A stretch of DNA of 64,000 nucleotides, from positions 174,619 to 238,618 of the forward strand of contig JAHJEV010000003.1 of the NCBI GenBank assembly GCA_018825365.1, read 5' to 3'. Below are positions 1-9,100 of the stretch, piece by piece. The translations under genes and the position numbers were made by a program. The first letter of the stretch is position 1; every line of letters starts with the position of its first letter. The DNA is from Patescibacteria group bacterium. Lineage in GTDB: Bacteria > Patescibacteriota > WWE3 > UBA101185 > UBA10185. The notes under the pieces were generated by a model. It did no database searches, was not told where the DNA came from, and saw only the letters and a list, made by a program, of their open reading frames with translations.

Positions 1-574
1 TTTCCATATCAACATTTCCGATTCCCAGGTACCTAACTATCGTTTGAATTTTCTTGCAAAACTCAACTGCATCTTTTATTTCAGTAAAAATAGGTTTAGT
101 AACTATCTCAACTAAAGGAATTCCGGACTTATTAAAATCAAGGAGTGTTTTGTCTTTCAAATGAAGGGACTTGGCGACATCTTCCTCGAGGTGAACGTGG
201 TCGATTTCTGCTTTGCCCCCCAAGTCAAGTTCGATGTAACCCCCAAGACATAAAGGATTTTTGTATTGGCTTATTTGGTAGCCTTTTGGAAGATCGGGAT
301 AAAAATAATGTTTTCTATCAAACCAGGTGTTTTTATTTACTTGGGAGTTTAAAGCAAGACCCAATAACTGCGTTTTTCTGATAGCCTCCTTGTTGGGAAC
401 CGGTAAGGCGCCGGGAAGTCCAAGACATGTGGGACATGTGAGTGAGTTTGGCTCCTTTTCCCAAATTTCTGCTGGACAGCTGCAAAACATCTTCTTTTTA
501 GTACTTAGATGAAGATGCACCTCAAGCCCCAGTACTAACTTATATTTATCTTTTAGTAATTCTTTTTCAGTCAT
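1..574 (-). CDS. gatB: Asp/Glu-tRNA amidotransferase subunit B (N-terminal part, runs off window start)
   Basis: Not in the ORF track. Manual translation from ATG at 574 gives MTEKELLKDKYKLVLGLEVHLHLSTKKKMFCSC...CPTCLGLPGALPVPN, the classic GatB N-terminus; lies downstream of gatC/gatA. Confidence 0.95.
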   Translation of the reverse strand, partial: MTEKELLKDKYKLVLGLEVHLHLSTKKKMFCSCPAEIWEKEPNSLTCPTCLGLPGALPVPNKEAIRKTQLLGLALNSQVNKNTWFDRKHYFYPDLPKGYQISQYKNPLCLGGYIELDLGGKAEIDHVHLEEDVAKSLHLKDKTLLDFNKSGIPLVEIVTKPIFTEIKDAVEFCKKIQTIVRYLGIGNVDME

Positions 575-575
575 T

Positions 576-1256
576 TTAATAACCAGTTCTTCTAAAAACT
601 ACTTCGTCTAGATTAATATCATCAAACAAAACCGCCGCCTCAACAATCCTTGCAACATTTTCCGGATCCATTGCCTCACTCAAATCCCTACTTACATCCG
701 CATTTTTGAACAGATTAGTTTTCATAAGTCCAGGATAAATCCCAACAACTTTGATATTGTATTTTTCAAGTTCTTTGCTTAAGGCTTTTGTAAAGCCTGT
801 AACTGCCCATTTTGAGGCTATATAAATACTTCTCTCGGCTTTAACCTCAATACCATCAATGGAGTTTATATTGATAATCTTTCCTGATTTTTGTTTTTTC
901 ATTACGGGAAGAACCGACTTTGTCATGTTTATTGTTCCTACCGAGTTGACAAGCAAAACTCTTGCAATGTCATCGTAATTATTTTCGTCAAGTTCCCCAC
1001 CAACCCAAACACCGGCGTTATTTACTAACACATCTATCTTCCCGTACTTCCGCTCAATCTCTAAAATTACTTTTTTTATTTGTTCAACATTTGTAATATC
1101 GCAAAGATATTTCCCGCATCTAAGTTCATTTGCCGTAACATCAAGTTCTTCTTTCTTATTTGAAATTATGATCACCTCATTATCCATATGAAGTTTACGA
1201 GCTATTTCTTTTCCGAGTCCTTCAGACCCGCCGGTTATTAAAATTACTTTTTTCAT
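576..1256 (-). CDS. Short-chain dehydrogenase/reductase (SDR)
   Basis: TGGSEGLG Rossmann motif, NNAG, YxxxK (YIASK). Confidence 0.92.
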   Translation of the reverse strand: MKKVILITGGSEGLGKEIARKLHMDNEVIIISNKKEELDVTANELRCGKYLCDITNVEQIKKVILEIERKYGKIDVLVNNAGVWVGGELDENNYDDIARVLLVNSVGTINMTKSVLPVMKKQKSGKIININSIDGIEVKAERSIYIASKWAVTGFTKALSKELEKYNIKVVGIYPGLMKTNLFKNADVSRDLSEAMDPENVARIVEAAVLFDDINLDEVVFRRTGY

Positions 1257-1642
1257 ATTCTTAAACCCAACGACTGCAAAGCAGTCTTTAAAACTTGAAT
1301 TGATTCAGTAATAACAAAATGGGGAGGTTCGTATCCCGATTCGTGCACTAAATTATTCCTAATCTTATGCGCTTCCCATATTTTGTTATACAAATTCCGA
1401 TCAAACATGTTTTCGGCATTTTTAAGCCTGTCCCCCATTGTTTCTCCGTCAACCATGTCCCTTAAGGCATTATCTAAAGTTTTGTCCGCGGTAATTAAAG
1501 CGTTTTTCAAAGAAGACGGGCCTTTTTGAGATATCAAAATCGATATACTCCTCCAGTCGGATACTATATTCTTTTCAGTTAATTGCGTAACTGTTCTTCT
1601 TGATGTTTTATTTCCGCCAAATAGTAAATTAAATATGTTCAT
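1253..1642 (-). CDS. Hypothetical protein
   Basis: 129-aa ORF overlapping neighbours by 4 nt in the gat operon; contains an RNNLVH (R-x4-H, HEPN-like) motif. Confidence 0.75.
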   Translation of the reverse strand: MNIFNLLFGGNKTSRRTVTQLTEKNIVSDWRSISILISQKGPSSLKNALITADKTLDNALRDMVDGETMGDRLKNAENMFDRNLYNKIWEAHKIRNNLVHESGYEPPHFVITESIQVLKTALQSLGLRI

Positions 1643-3060
1643 AGTTTTGGTTTTAACCTATGAAATTCCGTTTCGTTTTGAAATTTTTTAGCCACGTTTA
1701 AGATCATATCTTCATCATACATTTTTCCAATAAACTGAATTCCCACAGGGAGACCTTCAGATAAACCACAGGGAATACTGATTCCCGTAATTCCCGCGAT
1801 AGCGCTTGGTTCTGACAACACAGCCATTAATTCTCCAAACATTGAAGATTTTTCACCCCCACCTAATTTCATAGCAACACAGGGAAGAGTGGGCGCTACT
1901 AATAAGTCAACTTCCTCGAAAGCCTTATTAAAATCCTCAATTATTAAGGTCCTTACTCTCTGGGCCTTTTGGTAGGCACCGCTTAATGTTGCGTTTAAGG
2001 AGTAAGACCCAAGCATTATTCTTTTCCTGGCTTCAAATCCAAAACTACCTCTATCATTTCCATATCTTATTCCGTCGTACCTCGCTAGATTTGATGACAC
2101 CTCAGATCTTTGAATTATCGTATAAACTGCGATTGAGTATTTTGGATCCAGTAGATCCATGTCAATAATCTCCGCGCCCAAATCTTTCAGAATCTTTAAG
2201 GCCTCGTCAATTCTTTTTCTTACACCCTCTTCCATCTCTAATTTAAAATACGATCTAGGTTTTCCGATTCTTAGTCCTTTTAATGTAAATTCCTTACTTA
2301 AATAATCCGGCACTGGTACGCTGGAAGTTGTGGCGTCATTTACATCTTTACCGGCAATTACTTTTAAAACAAAGGCTGCATCCTCAACTGTTTTTGTTAT
2401 TATACCCGGACTATCAGTAGACGAAGCCATAGCAATGACTCCGTATCTACTTACTCTTCCATAGGACGGTTTAAGGCCTGCAACACCGCACCAAGAAGCC
2501 GGCGTTCTTATGCTGTCTGCTGTTTCTGTGCCTGTTGCAAAAATACACATACCAGAAGCGACGGCCGCAGCGGATCCTCCAGATGACCCCCCAGACATTC
2601 TTTTTATGTTCCAAGGGTTTCTGGTTGGGAAAAAATCAGATGTTTCCGTGGACGAACCATGTGCGAATGCGTCCATGTTGGTTTTTCCTAAAAGAATAGC
2701 TCCCGCTTCCTTAAGTCTTCCCGTTACGGTAGATTCATAAGGCGGAATGTAATTATTTAAAATGTTTGAGCTAGCCGTTGTAAGAACTCCTTTAGTAGAA
2801 TAATTATCTTTACATGCATAGGGAATTCCCAAAAGTGACTTTCTTTCAAATATCACGGCTCCTTCTTTTTCAATTTCTTTATCGGCAACCTCCGCCTGCT
2901 TTAAGGCAAGCTCTCCTGTAACGGTTACAAAGGCCTTTATTTTCTTATCGTGTTTTTTTATAGTTGTGAGACAAGATTTTGTTAAATCAACTGATGTAAA
3001 CTTCCCAGTTTTTAAACCCTCTAAAGCTTCTGATAAATTGAGTTTGTTTAAATCTTTCAT
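1639..3060 (-). CDS. gatA: Asp/Glu-tRNA amidotransferase subunit A
   Basis: Amidase signature GGSSGGSAAAV, KD, SNLARYDGIRYG; between gatC and gatB. Confidence 0.96.
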   Translation of the reverse strand: MKDLNKLNLSEALEGLKTGKFTSVDLTKSCLTTIKKHDKKIKAFVTVTGELALKQAEVADKEIEKEGAVIFERKSLLGIPYACKDNYSTKGVLTTASSNILNNYIPPYESTVTGRLKEAGAILLGKTNMDAFAHGSSTETSDFFPTRNPWNIKRMSGGSSGGSAAAVASGMCIFATGTETADSIRTPASWCGVAGLKPSYGRVSRYGVIAMASSTDSPGIITKTVEDAAFVLKVIAGKDVNDATTSSVPVPDYLSKEFTLKGLRIGKPRSYFKLEMEEGVRKRIDEALKILKDLGAEIIDMDLLDPKYSIAVYTIIQRSEVSSNLARYDGIRYGNDRGSFGFEARKRIMLGSYSLNATLSGAYQKAQRVRTLIIEDFNKAFEEVDLLVAPTLPCVAMKLGGGEKSSMFGELMAVLSEPSAIAGITGISIPCGLSEGLPVGIQFIGKMYDEDMILNVAKKFQNETEFHRLKPKL

Positions 3061-3353
3061 CTATCAAACACCGCCTTTGTGGCAAAAAGTCCATTTGATT
3101 GCTCCTTGGCATTAGACAAAGCTTCTTTTGATGTTATTGTTTTGGAATTTTTCTCATCCTGAAAAACATTAGTCAGACCTGTAACTTGGTTTGTTTCAGG
3201 AACCTTTGAAGTATCAAGCTCATCTAAAACTTCTAAGTATTTTAGCGTGTCGCTAAATAAAAGCACAAGTTTTTCTTCCTGACCTGAAACATCAAGATTT
3301 GACAAAACTGCCATTCTTTTTACTTCTTCTTCTGATATTTTTTTATCGGCCAT
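3057..3353 (-). CDS. gatC: Asp/Glu-tRNA amidotransferase subunit C
   Basis: 98 aa, ISEEEVKRMAVLSNL...LDELDT..V...ALSNA pattern; directly upstream of gatA. Confidence 0.9.
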   Translation of the reverse strand: MADKKISEEEVKRMAVLSNLDVSGQEEKLVLLFSDTLKYLEVLDELDTSKVPETNQVTGLTNVFQDEKNSKTITSKEALSNAKEQSNGLFATKAVFDR

Positions 3354-3404
3354 AACTTATGTTATTTAAGCAGATTTAGAGTTGAAATTAAAGACATTCG
3401 GAAA

Positions 3405-4310
3405 TTACATCGATTTCAATCTCTTGATTCTTTCCTCAATCGGCGGGTGGGTATCAAATAGATTTGAGACAGAACTCTTAATTTTGTTTCTTACAGGGTC
3501 GGTGATGTATAAATGGGCCGTAGCACTGTTTGCTACCTCAAGAATTTCTGTATCCTGACTTATTTTTCTCAAAGCATCCGCCAGACCTCTAGGATACCTC
3601 GTAATAAGTGCAGCTGTTGAGTCCGCCAGAAACTCACGCTTTCTGCTTACAGCAAGCTTTATGAGAGTTGCAACAAAGGGGCTTAAAATAAGGAGGACAA
3701 GACCCACCAAAAATAAAATCCCTCCAAGTTCTCCCTCACTACTACTGCTTCTCCTCCGACCTCTGAAAAATAAACCTCTTGTAAACCAGTCTGCTAACAA
3801 AGATATTGTTCCAACAAGAATTGTAACTATACACATAAGTCTCGTATCAAAATTTCCAATATGAGACATCTCATGGGCAACAACACCTTCAAGTTCCCTT
3901 TTATCAAGTCTATGAATTATGCCACTTGTAAAGCAGATAGTTGAATGTTGAGGGTCCCTTCCAGTTGCAAATGCGTTCATCGAAGAATCGTCTATTATGT
4001 ACACCTTAGGCTTTGGGATACCTGATGCAATACACATATTTTCAACAAGGTTGTGGAGATCCGGAGCTTCCTGGGGAGTAACTTCTTTGGCTTTAGAAAC
4101 TGCAAGAACAACCTTATCTGAGCTATAGTACGAAAATAGACCGGAAAATCCAGCAATAATTAAAGCAAAACTTAAAAATGAGATTCCACTTCCGTCATAA
4201 AAGTAGTTTCCAACAAACCATCCAATAAAGCATGTGACCGCAACAAAAAATACCATAATAACAAAAGTGTCCCTCTTATTTGAGCCAATGTTTTGATATA
4301 TGTTTGGCAT
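3405..4310 (-). CDS. htpX: M48 zinc metalloprotease HtpX
   Basis: NAFATG, HEMSH (HExxH), SRKREFLAD, THPP motifs; TM helices; near lemA. Confidence 0.93.
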   Translation of the reverse strand: MPNIYQNIGSNKRDTFVIMVFFVAVTCFIGWFVGNYFYDGSGISFLSFALIIAGFSGLFSYYSSDKVVLAVSKAKEVTPQEAPDLHNLVENMCIASGIPKPKVYIIDDSSMNAFATGRDPQHSTICFTSGIIHRLDKRELEGVVAHEMSHIGNFDTRLMCIVTILVGTISLLADWFTRGLFFRGRRRSSSSEGELGGILFLVGLVLLILSPFVATLIKLAVSRKREFLADSTAALITRYPRGLADALRKISQDTEILEVANSATAHLYITDPVRNKIKSSVSNLFDTHPPIEERIKRLKSM

Positions 4311-4326
4311 TTTTCACTAATCAGAC

Positions 4327-4557
4327 CTAACCTTTTTTCCACCTAGGTAGGGTAGGCATCGTTTCATCTACCATGTTCTCAGCTTCTTCTTTTGTTTTCC
4401 CCATAAACTTCATAGTAGCACCTATGTTACCTGCTCTTACCTGCACCCTTGTAGCTAAACCTCCGGTTTTTTGATCCTGGCAGTAGACACAATACCTTCC
4501 ATCCTTCTTAGATATAAACTTCCCATTAAGCGGCATACCACAGCTTTCGCACATCAT
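4327..4557 (-). CDS. Small zinc-ribbon protein
   Basis: CESCGMP...YCVYC and C-terminal LPRWK; SD GGAGG upstream. Confidence 0.8.
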   Translation of the reverse strand: MMCESCGMPLNGKFISKKDGRYCVYCQDQKTGGLATRVQVRAGNIGATMKFMGKTKEEAENMVDETMPTLPRWKKG

Positions 4558-4609
4558 ATGAGTACCTCCTTTAAATGAGACGGCCTTTGGATTTCTAAGA
4601 CTGTCCTAA

Positions 4610-5155
4610 TTAAAACTTTACCTCAACTAGCTTCTTTTCCGGTTCCTCAGCTTCAAAAAACTCCTGTTGCTTGAATCCAAACATCCCAGCAATCAAATTG
4701 CTTGGGAACACAACAATCTTTTCGTTAAATTGTCTAACAACGCTGTTGTAAAACTGTCTCGAGTAGGCAACTTTGTCTTCTGTGTCGGATAGTTCTTTTT
4801 GTAGGTTTACAAACCCTTCCTGAGCTTTAAGTTCCGGGTAAGCTTCGGCAATGGCAAGAAGCCTTCCAAGCGCGCCCCCCAAAATTTTATCCGCCTCACC
4901 AGCTTCTTTTGGAGTTTTTGCAGACATTAAAGCCACCCTTGCGCTGGTAACACTCTCAAACACTTCCTTCTCATGAGCCGCGTAACCTTTTACTGTCTCT
5001 ACGATGTTTGGAATAAGGTCTGCCCTTCTTTTTAGCTGCACATCAATCTGACTCCACGCCTCTTTTATCTTTACATTCAAAGAAACGAGTCCATTGTAAA
5101 TACTAATAATCAAAACCGCCAATACTATAGCGATCAACAATACTGTGTATAGCAT
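4610..5155 (-). CDS. lemA: LemA family protein
   Basis: YNGLV...AWSQIDVQLKRRADLIPN, EAYPELKA, RQFYN, FPSNLIA; SD GGAGGTG upstream. Confidence 0.95.
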   Translation of the reverse strand: MLYTVLLIAIVLAVLIISIYNGLVSLNVKIKEAWSQIDVQLKRRADLIPNIVETVKGYAAHEKEVFESVTSARVALMSAKTPKEAGEADKILGGALGRLLAIAEAYPELKAQEGFVNLQKELSDTEDKVAYSRQFYNSVVRQFNEKIVVFPSNLIAGMFGFKQQEFFEAEEPEKKLVEVKF

Positions 5156-5197
5156 TAAAACTTCACCTCCTTAAAAACTAATACGATACTCTATATA

Positions 5198-6949
5198 TTA
5201 TCTTATACTTAAATGCTTAACAAATTTTTCGTAAGGCAGTGTATTTAAGATATCTTTTTTCTCGGCCCAACCCCTTCTTGCGTTGTCTATCCCGTATTTC
5301 ATATAGTCTAGCTGGTCAATTGAATGAGCATCTGAGTTTATAACAAGTTTAACACCCCACGAAATTGCACTTTTAATCAGATCATCAGGAAGATCAAGTC
5401 TATTTGGTTGACCATTTATTTCTAAAATAACTCCCCTGTCCCTTGCTGCATCAAAAATCTTATTCCAATCAGGATCTGACGGATCTCTCTCGTTTAACAT
5501 TCTTCCTGAAGGATGAGCAATTATATTCACATAAGGATTTTCAATTGCTGAAAGAAGCCGTTTGGTTACGGTCTTTTTATCTTGATTTAACGATGTGTGA
5601 ATTCCTGCTATTACAAAATCTAGATTCTTAAGAATATCTTCCGGGAGGGCTAAAGATTCGTCCACCGATATATTCACCTCGTATCCATATAAAACTTTGA
5701 CATCTTTTTGGGAAGTATTAATCTCATCAATTTTTTTCCTTGTATCACGTATCGTTTTTAAAACAGTCCCTAAACCTCGGGATTGTATACTTGGGGAGTG
5801 GTCGGTAATTCCGAGGTATTCGTACCCAAGATTTTTTGCTGCCTCAACCATCTCCTCAATGGTATTTAGACCATCTGAAAAATTCGTGTGGACATGCAAA
5901 TCCCCTTTAATATCTTTAAGGTCGATAAGTTCCGGTAGTTTATTTTTTAGTGCTGCTTCAATTTCAAAATTCCCATGTCTTATCTCAGGGGGAATATATG
6001 GAAGTCCGATTTCTCTATAGAAACCCCTTTCACCTGAAAACTCCTTAACATTATCGCCCCTTTTAATCCCATACTCAGAAAGGGACATTCCTTTAGTTAA
6101 AGCGTGATTTCTAAGTAAAATATTGTGCTGTTTTGAACCTGTGAAATATTGAAGCATTGCCCCGTAAGCCTGCGGTGTGCTTACTCTAATGTCAACCTGA
6201 ACCTCATTTTTTAATACAACACTGGCTTTTTTGTCCCCCTCAACCAAAATTTCCTCAACTTCCGGAAATTTTAAAAAGTGTTTTATTACACTTTCGGGCT
6301 TGTTAGTTGCGATTGGTATATCCAAATCCCCAATTGTTGGATTTCTTCTCCTAAAAGAACCGGCTGCCTCCATTTCTACAACTTCTTTGCATTTTTCCAT
6401 ATGTTTTTTGATCCGATCAACTATCTCTTCGGCATGGATAATAAGCAGTCTTTGCTTTAAATTTTTAGTCATCTTCAGCTCACCTATCGCATCCTGTATA
6501 GATTTCTCCATTTTTTCACCAAAGCCTTCCAATACTTGAATTTTTCCCTTTTCAGCCGCATCCTTTAGCTTATCTAAGGCTGTTTCTCTATCACCAAGCT
6601 TAAAAGCCAGTGCGAGTTTGTATGCTCTTTTAGCCCCAATACCTCTTAAACCAATAAGAGCAAACATTCCCTCGGGTAAGTCCTCTTTTATACTTTCAAA
6701 CTCAGATACAACGCCGGTTGAGAACAACTCGTTAAGATGAGCCTCAATTCCCGGACCGACACCGGGGATTTCTTTAAGTCTTTTGTTTTCCCAAAGGTCA
6801 TAAATAGAAACTGTGATATTATCTAATATTGAAATAGCGTTTTGATAGGCTCGTACACGGAAGGGATTGACGCCCTTTACTTCCATCGCGGCGAGAATCT
6901 CTTTAAGTAAAGTTACAACTGCCTTATTTGAGAGTCTTTTTCCTTCCAT
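5198..6949 (-). CDS. polX: DNA polymerase X family / PHP domain protein
   Basis: AGSFRR, GDLDI catalytic Asp pair, YFTGSK, then PHP motifs DLHVHT, TDHS, SDAH. Confidence 0.93.
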   Translation of the reverse strand: MEGKRLSNKAVVTLLKEILAAMEVKGVNPFRVRAYQNAISILDNITVSIYDLWENKRLKEIPGVGPGIEAHLNELFSTGVVSEFESIKEDLPEGMFALIGLRGIGAKRAYKLALAFKLGDRETALDKLKDAAEKGKIQVLEGFGEKMEKSIQDAIGELKMTKNLKQRLLIIHAEEIVDRIKKHMEKCKEVVEMEAAGSFRRRNPTIGDLDIPIATNKPESVIKHFLKFPEVEEILVEGDKKASVVLKNEVQVDIRVSTPQAYGAMLQYFTGSKQHNILLRNHALTKGMSLSEYGIKRGDNVKEFSGERGFYREIGLPYIPPEIRHGNFEIEAALKNKLPELIDLKDIKGDLHVHTNFSDGLNTIEEMVEAAKNLGYEYLGITDHSPSIQSRGLGTVLKTIRDTRKKIDEINTSQKDVKVLYGYEVNISVDESLALPEDILKNLDFVIAGIHTSLNQDKKTVTKRLLSAIENPYVNIIAHPSGRMLNERDPSDPDWNKIFDAARDRGVILEINGQPNRLDLPDDLIKSAISWGVKLVINSDAHSIDQLDYMKYGIDNARRGWAEKKDILNTLPYEKFVKHLSIR

Positions 6950-6998
6950 AGTTTAATTTTATCAAAAATAGCGCCTTGAAGCAGGGGTTTTTCTTTTG

Positions 6999-7027
6999 TT
7001 GACCAGAAAATCCTTTACTGATAGTAT
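6999..7027 (+). promoter_or_regulatory. Putative sigma70 promoter of tRNA-Asp
   Basis: TTGACC-N17-TAGTAT about 20 nt upstream of the tRNA. Confidence 0.55.
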
Positions 7028-7047
7028 AGGGACTGCATTGTGAATGT

Positions 7048-7125
7048 GGGGTCGTAGCTCAGCTAGGTTAGAGCGCTGCTCTGTCACAGCAGAGGTCACG
7101 GGTTCGAATCCCGCCGGCCCCGCCA
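7048..7125 (+). tRNA. tRNA-Asp (GTC)
   Basis: Acceptor GGGGTCG/CGGCCCC, D arm GCTC/GAGC, anticodon arm CTGCT-CT GTC AC-AGCAG, TTCGAAT T loop, discriminator G, encoded CCA. Confidence 0.95.
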
Positions 7126-7183
7126 CGATAAATTGCCCGTTTCCTAAATGCTCTGTTTTTCCAATTTTGGTTAGGTTAAAAGA

Positions 7184-7230
7184 AAGAACCTCAGCTTTTT
7201 TGGTTTTTAAGCCTAAAAGTTGAGGTTCTT
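7184..7230. terminator. Long hairpin, probable terminator between tRNA-Asp and the convergent ORF
   Basis: AAGAACCTCAGCTTTT ... AAAAGTTGAGGTTCTT inverted repeat with one G-T pair. Confidence 0.6.
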
Positions 7231-7248
7231 GATTTCTATGGCAGAAGG

Positions 7249-7623
7249 CTAAGCGAGATTGCAACCGCTGAGCATAATCATGCCACTGCCTGCGAGATCA
7301 TTTGCATCTTTTCCGGTTATACCGAGGGTTGCAGGAGTGATGACGTCCCAAAAGCCCAGCGCTTTGCCGACCGCGAACAGAATGAACGCTGTGCGCTGGC
7401 TTCCAATGACAGCACCTACTTCAATGTACGAGGGTCCTTCTGAAAGAGCGTGAGGTCCTTCGTACCCGGCGAGAAGCTGTTTCAGAGAATCCTTGTTCGC
7501 TTGAGCTTTCGGCGTGTTGACGGCCACCTTAAGATTGTGGATCTGTACAACAGTCGTGTCGGGGGAGTCTTCCTTTTCGCTGAGACAGCCCATCAAAAGA
7601 TCGTGTAACTTCTGAAGATCCAT
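7249..7623 (-). CDS. Hypothetical protein (cassette 1 of tRNA-Asp array)
   Basis: Likely start ATG 7623 after GGAGG SD; own promoter TTTACA-N17-TAAAAT (7705-7677); visibly GC-richer than flanks. Confidence 0.75.
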   Translation of the reverse strand: MDLQKLHDLLMGCLSEKEDSPDTTVVQIHNLKVAVNTPKAQANKDSLKQLLAGYEGPHALSEGPSYIEVGAVIGSQRTAFILFAVGKALGFWDVITPATLGITGKDANDLAGSGMIMLSGCNLA

Positions 7624-7777
7624 GTGTTCCTCCAATTCGTTGATTTGTAGAGCCTTATTTGGCTTTTATGCTACGCATTTTACCATAGTAATCTACTTAT
7701 GTAAACTACAGGTTAAGCGTGTTTTTACAGCACATTCCTTTCTAAAACAGCACTTTTGTTACTGGACACTGAGCTAA

Positions 7778-7810
7778 AAAAGTTCCAAGTACGTCCCACA
7801 CGCCCCGCCA
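7778..7810 (+). repeat. tRNA-Asp array direct repeat, copy 1
   Basis: AAAAGTTCCAAGTACGTCCCACACGCCCCGCCA; last 8 nt equal the tRNA-Asp 3' end. Confidence 0.95.
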
Positions 7811-7866
7811 GTTAAAAAACCAAACCTTTGGTTACTCTAGCAAGCTCCAAAATGTATAATGTGTTT

Positions 7867-8400
7867 ATGAAAACCATCGATCTATCCCAACCTCTTTATG
7901 ATGGAATGGATGTTTACCCAGGTGATCCCAAGGTACATATAAAACAAATTCACACTTTGGATAAAGAGGGTTGGAGACTTAGATACCTTCAATTCTCAAC
8001 CCACATTGGTACCCATGCAGATGCCCTTGCCCATATGGACAATAAAGGAGCAACGATCGATAAAATACCTATCAGTAAATTTATAGGTAAAACGGTACTG
8101 GTTAAACCCAGTGACACTTTTCCCAAAGAAGTCGGTCTCGCCTTCAGAGATAGCATCTTAGGAGTGGATCTTTTAAAGAAAATCATAGAGGCAAAACCAC
8201 TCTTTGTCGTAGTTGGAGGTAAGAGTGACTTTGAGCTTGAGATGGAGAGAAAGCTTCTTCAGGCTGGAATTATCACAATGGCTGAGTTGGTAAATATGGA
8301 CAAATTACCAAGAAATAAACCTTTTATGTTCTACGGAGTTCCACTAAATATCAAAGACGGAGATGGTTCTCCGATTAGGGCGTTTGCAGTTATAGAGTAA
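7867..8400 (+). CDS. Cyclase family (kynurenine formamidase-like) metal-dependent hydrolase (cassette 2)
   Basis: DLSQPL, YPGDP, THIGTHADA (HxGTHxD), DGDGSPIRAFA; start ATG 7867; stop TAA overlaps repeat copy 2. Confidence 0.9.
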   Translation: MKTIDLSQPLYDGMDVYPGDPKVHIKQIHTLDKEGWRLRYLQFSTHIGTHADALAHMDNKGATIDKIPISKFIGKTVLVKPSDTFPKEVGLAFRDSILGVDLLKKIIEAKPLFVVVGGKSDFELEMERKLLQAGIITMAELVNMDKLPRNKPFMFYGVPLNIKDGDGSPIRAFAVIE

Positions 8401-8432
8401 AAAGTTCCAAGTACGTCCCACACGCCCCACCA
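8400..8432 (+). repeat. tRNA-Asp array direct repeat, copy 2
   Basis: AAAAGTTCCAAGTACGTCCCACACGCCCCACCA (one mismatch to copies 1 and 3). Confidence 0.95.
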
Positions 8433-8438
8433 AGAAAG

Positions 8439-8993
8439 CTATAGGAGGTATCTATAAGGATTTTTGTTTCCCTTTAATCTACTGTTTATCCCAACTCTCT
8501 TTGCAGATTTAATAGATGAATGGAGATCCCCCGCATTCTCCAGATATAACTTATCTCCAGTTAGATCCTCACCATATAAACTTAGTGTTATTCCAAATGA
8601 TTTACATAAATTTCCAGGAGATTTTGTTAAATCAGATACTTTTTTAACACCTTTGTCAAAGTTTAACCTCATTATCTCAATACCATCTTTTGGTATAACA
8701 GCTCTTATGAAAACTACATCCGGGATATCTTTTTTGTTAACGACTACAGCAAGTTGGTAATGTAAACCATAAATGAGGTACACATAAGCGTAACCTCCCT
8801 CCTTATACATTATTTCAGTCCTTGGAGTTCTCCTATTTCCATGTGACACATCAATAAAAGCAGGGTACGCTTCGACTTCTGAAATAATTCCACTAACCAA
8901 ACCTTTTTCTGAATTATAAACCAGCTTTTTTCCGAGAAATTCTTTTGCTACATCTAGAGCGGGCTTTAAGTAAAAGCTTTTCTCAATCTTCAT
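8439..8993 (-). CDS. mpg: DNA-3-methyladenine glycosylase, MPG/AAG family (cassette 3)
   Basis: EVEAY, AYVYLIYG, IRAV, PGNLC, RVGI motifs of the AAG family. Confidence 0.9.
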   Translation of the reverse strand: MKIEKSFYLKPALDVAKEFLGKKLVYNSEKGLVSGIISEVEAYPAFIDVSHGNRRTPRTEIMYKEGGYAYVYLIYGLHYQLAVVVNKKDIPDVVFIRAVIPKDGIEIMRLNFDKGVKKVSDLTKSPGNLCKSFGITLSLYGEDLTGDKLYLENAGDLHSSIKSAKRVGINSRLKGNKNPYRYLL

Positions 8994-9021
8994 AGCTACA
9001 TTTTATCAAATTCCTGGAAAT

Positions 9022-9054
9022 AAAAGTTCCAAGTACGTCCCACACGCCCCGCCA
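9022..9054 (+). repeat. tRNA-Asp array direct repeat, copy 3
   Basis: Identical to copy 1. Confidence 0.95.
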
Positions 9055-9100
9055 GGAATCAATAACTCTATAAACGTAAAAAGTCATGTAAAATAATCGT

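Noticed and set aside
6962-7264. 100-aa ORF on the minus strand
   Set aside because: Antisense to tRNA-Asp and its hairpin; shadow ORF.
7778-9054. CRISPR array interpretation of the 33-bp repeats
   Set aside because: Intervals are about 590 bp and contain whole genes; only three copies; no cas genes in the window.
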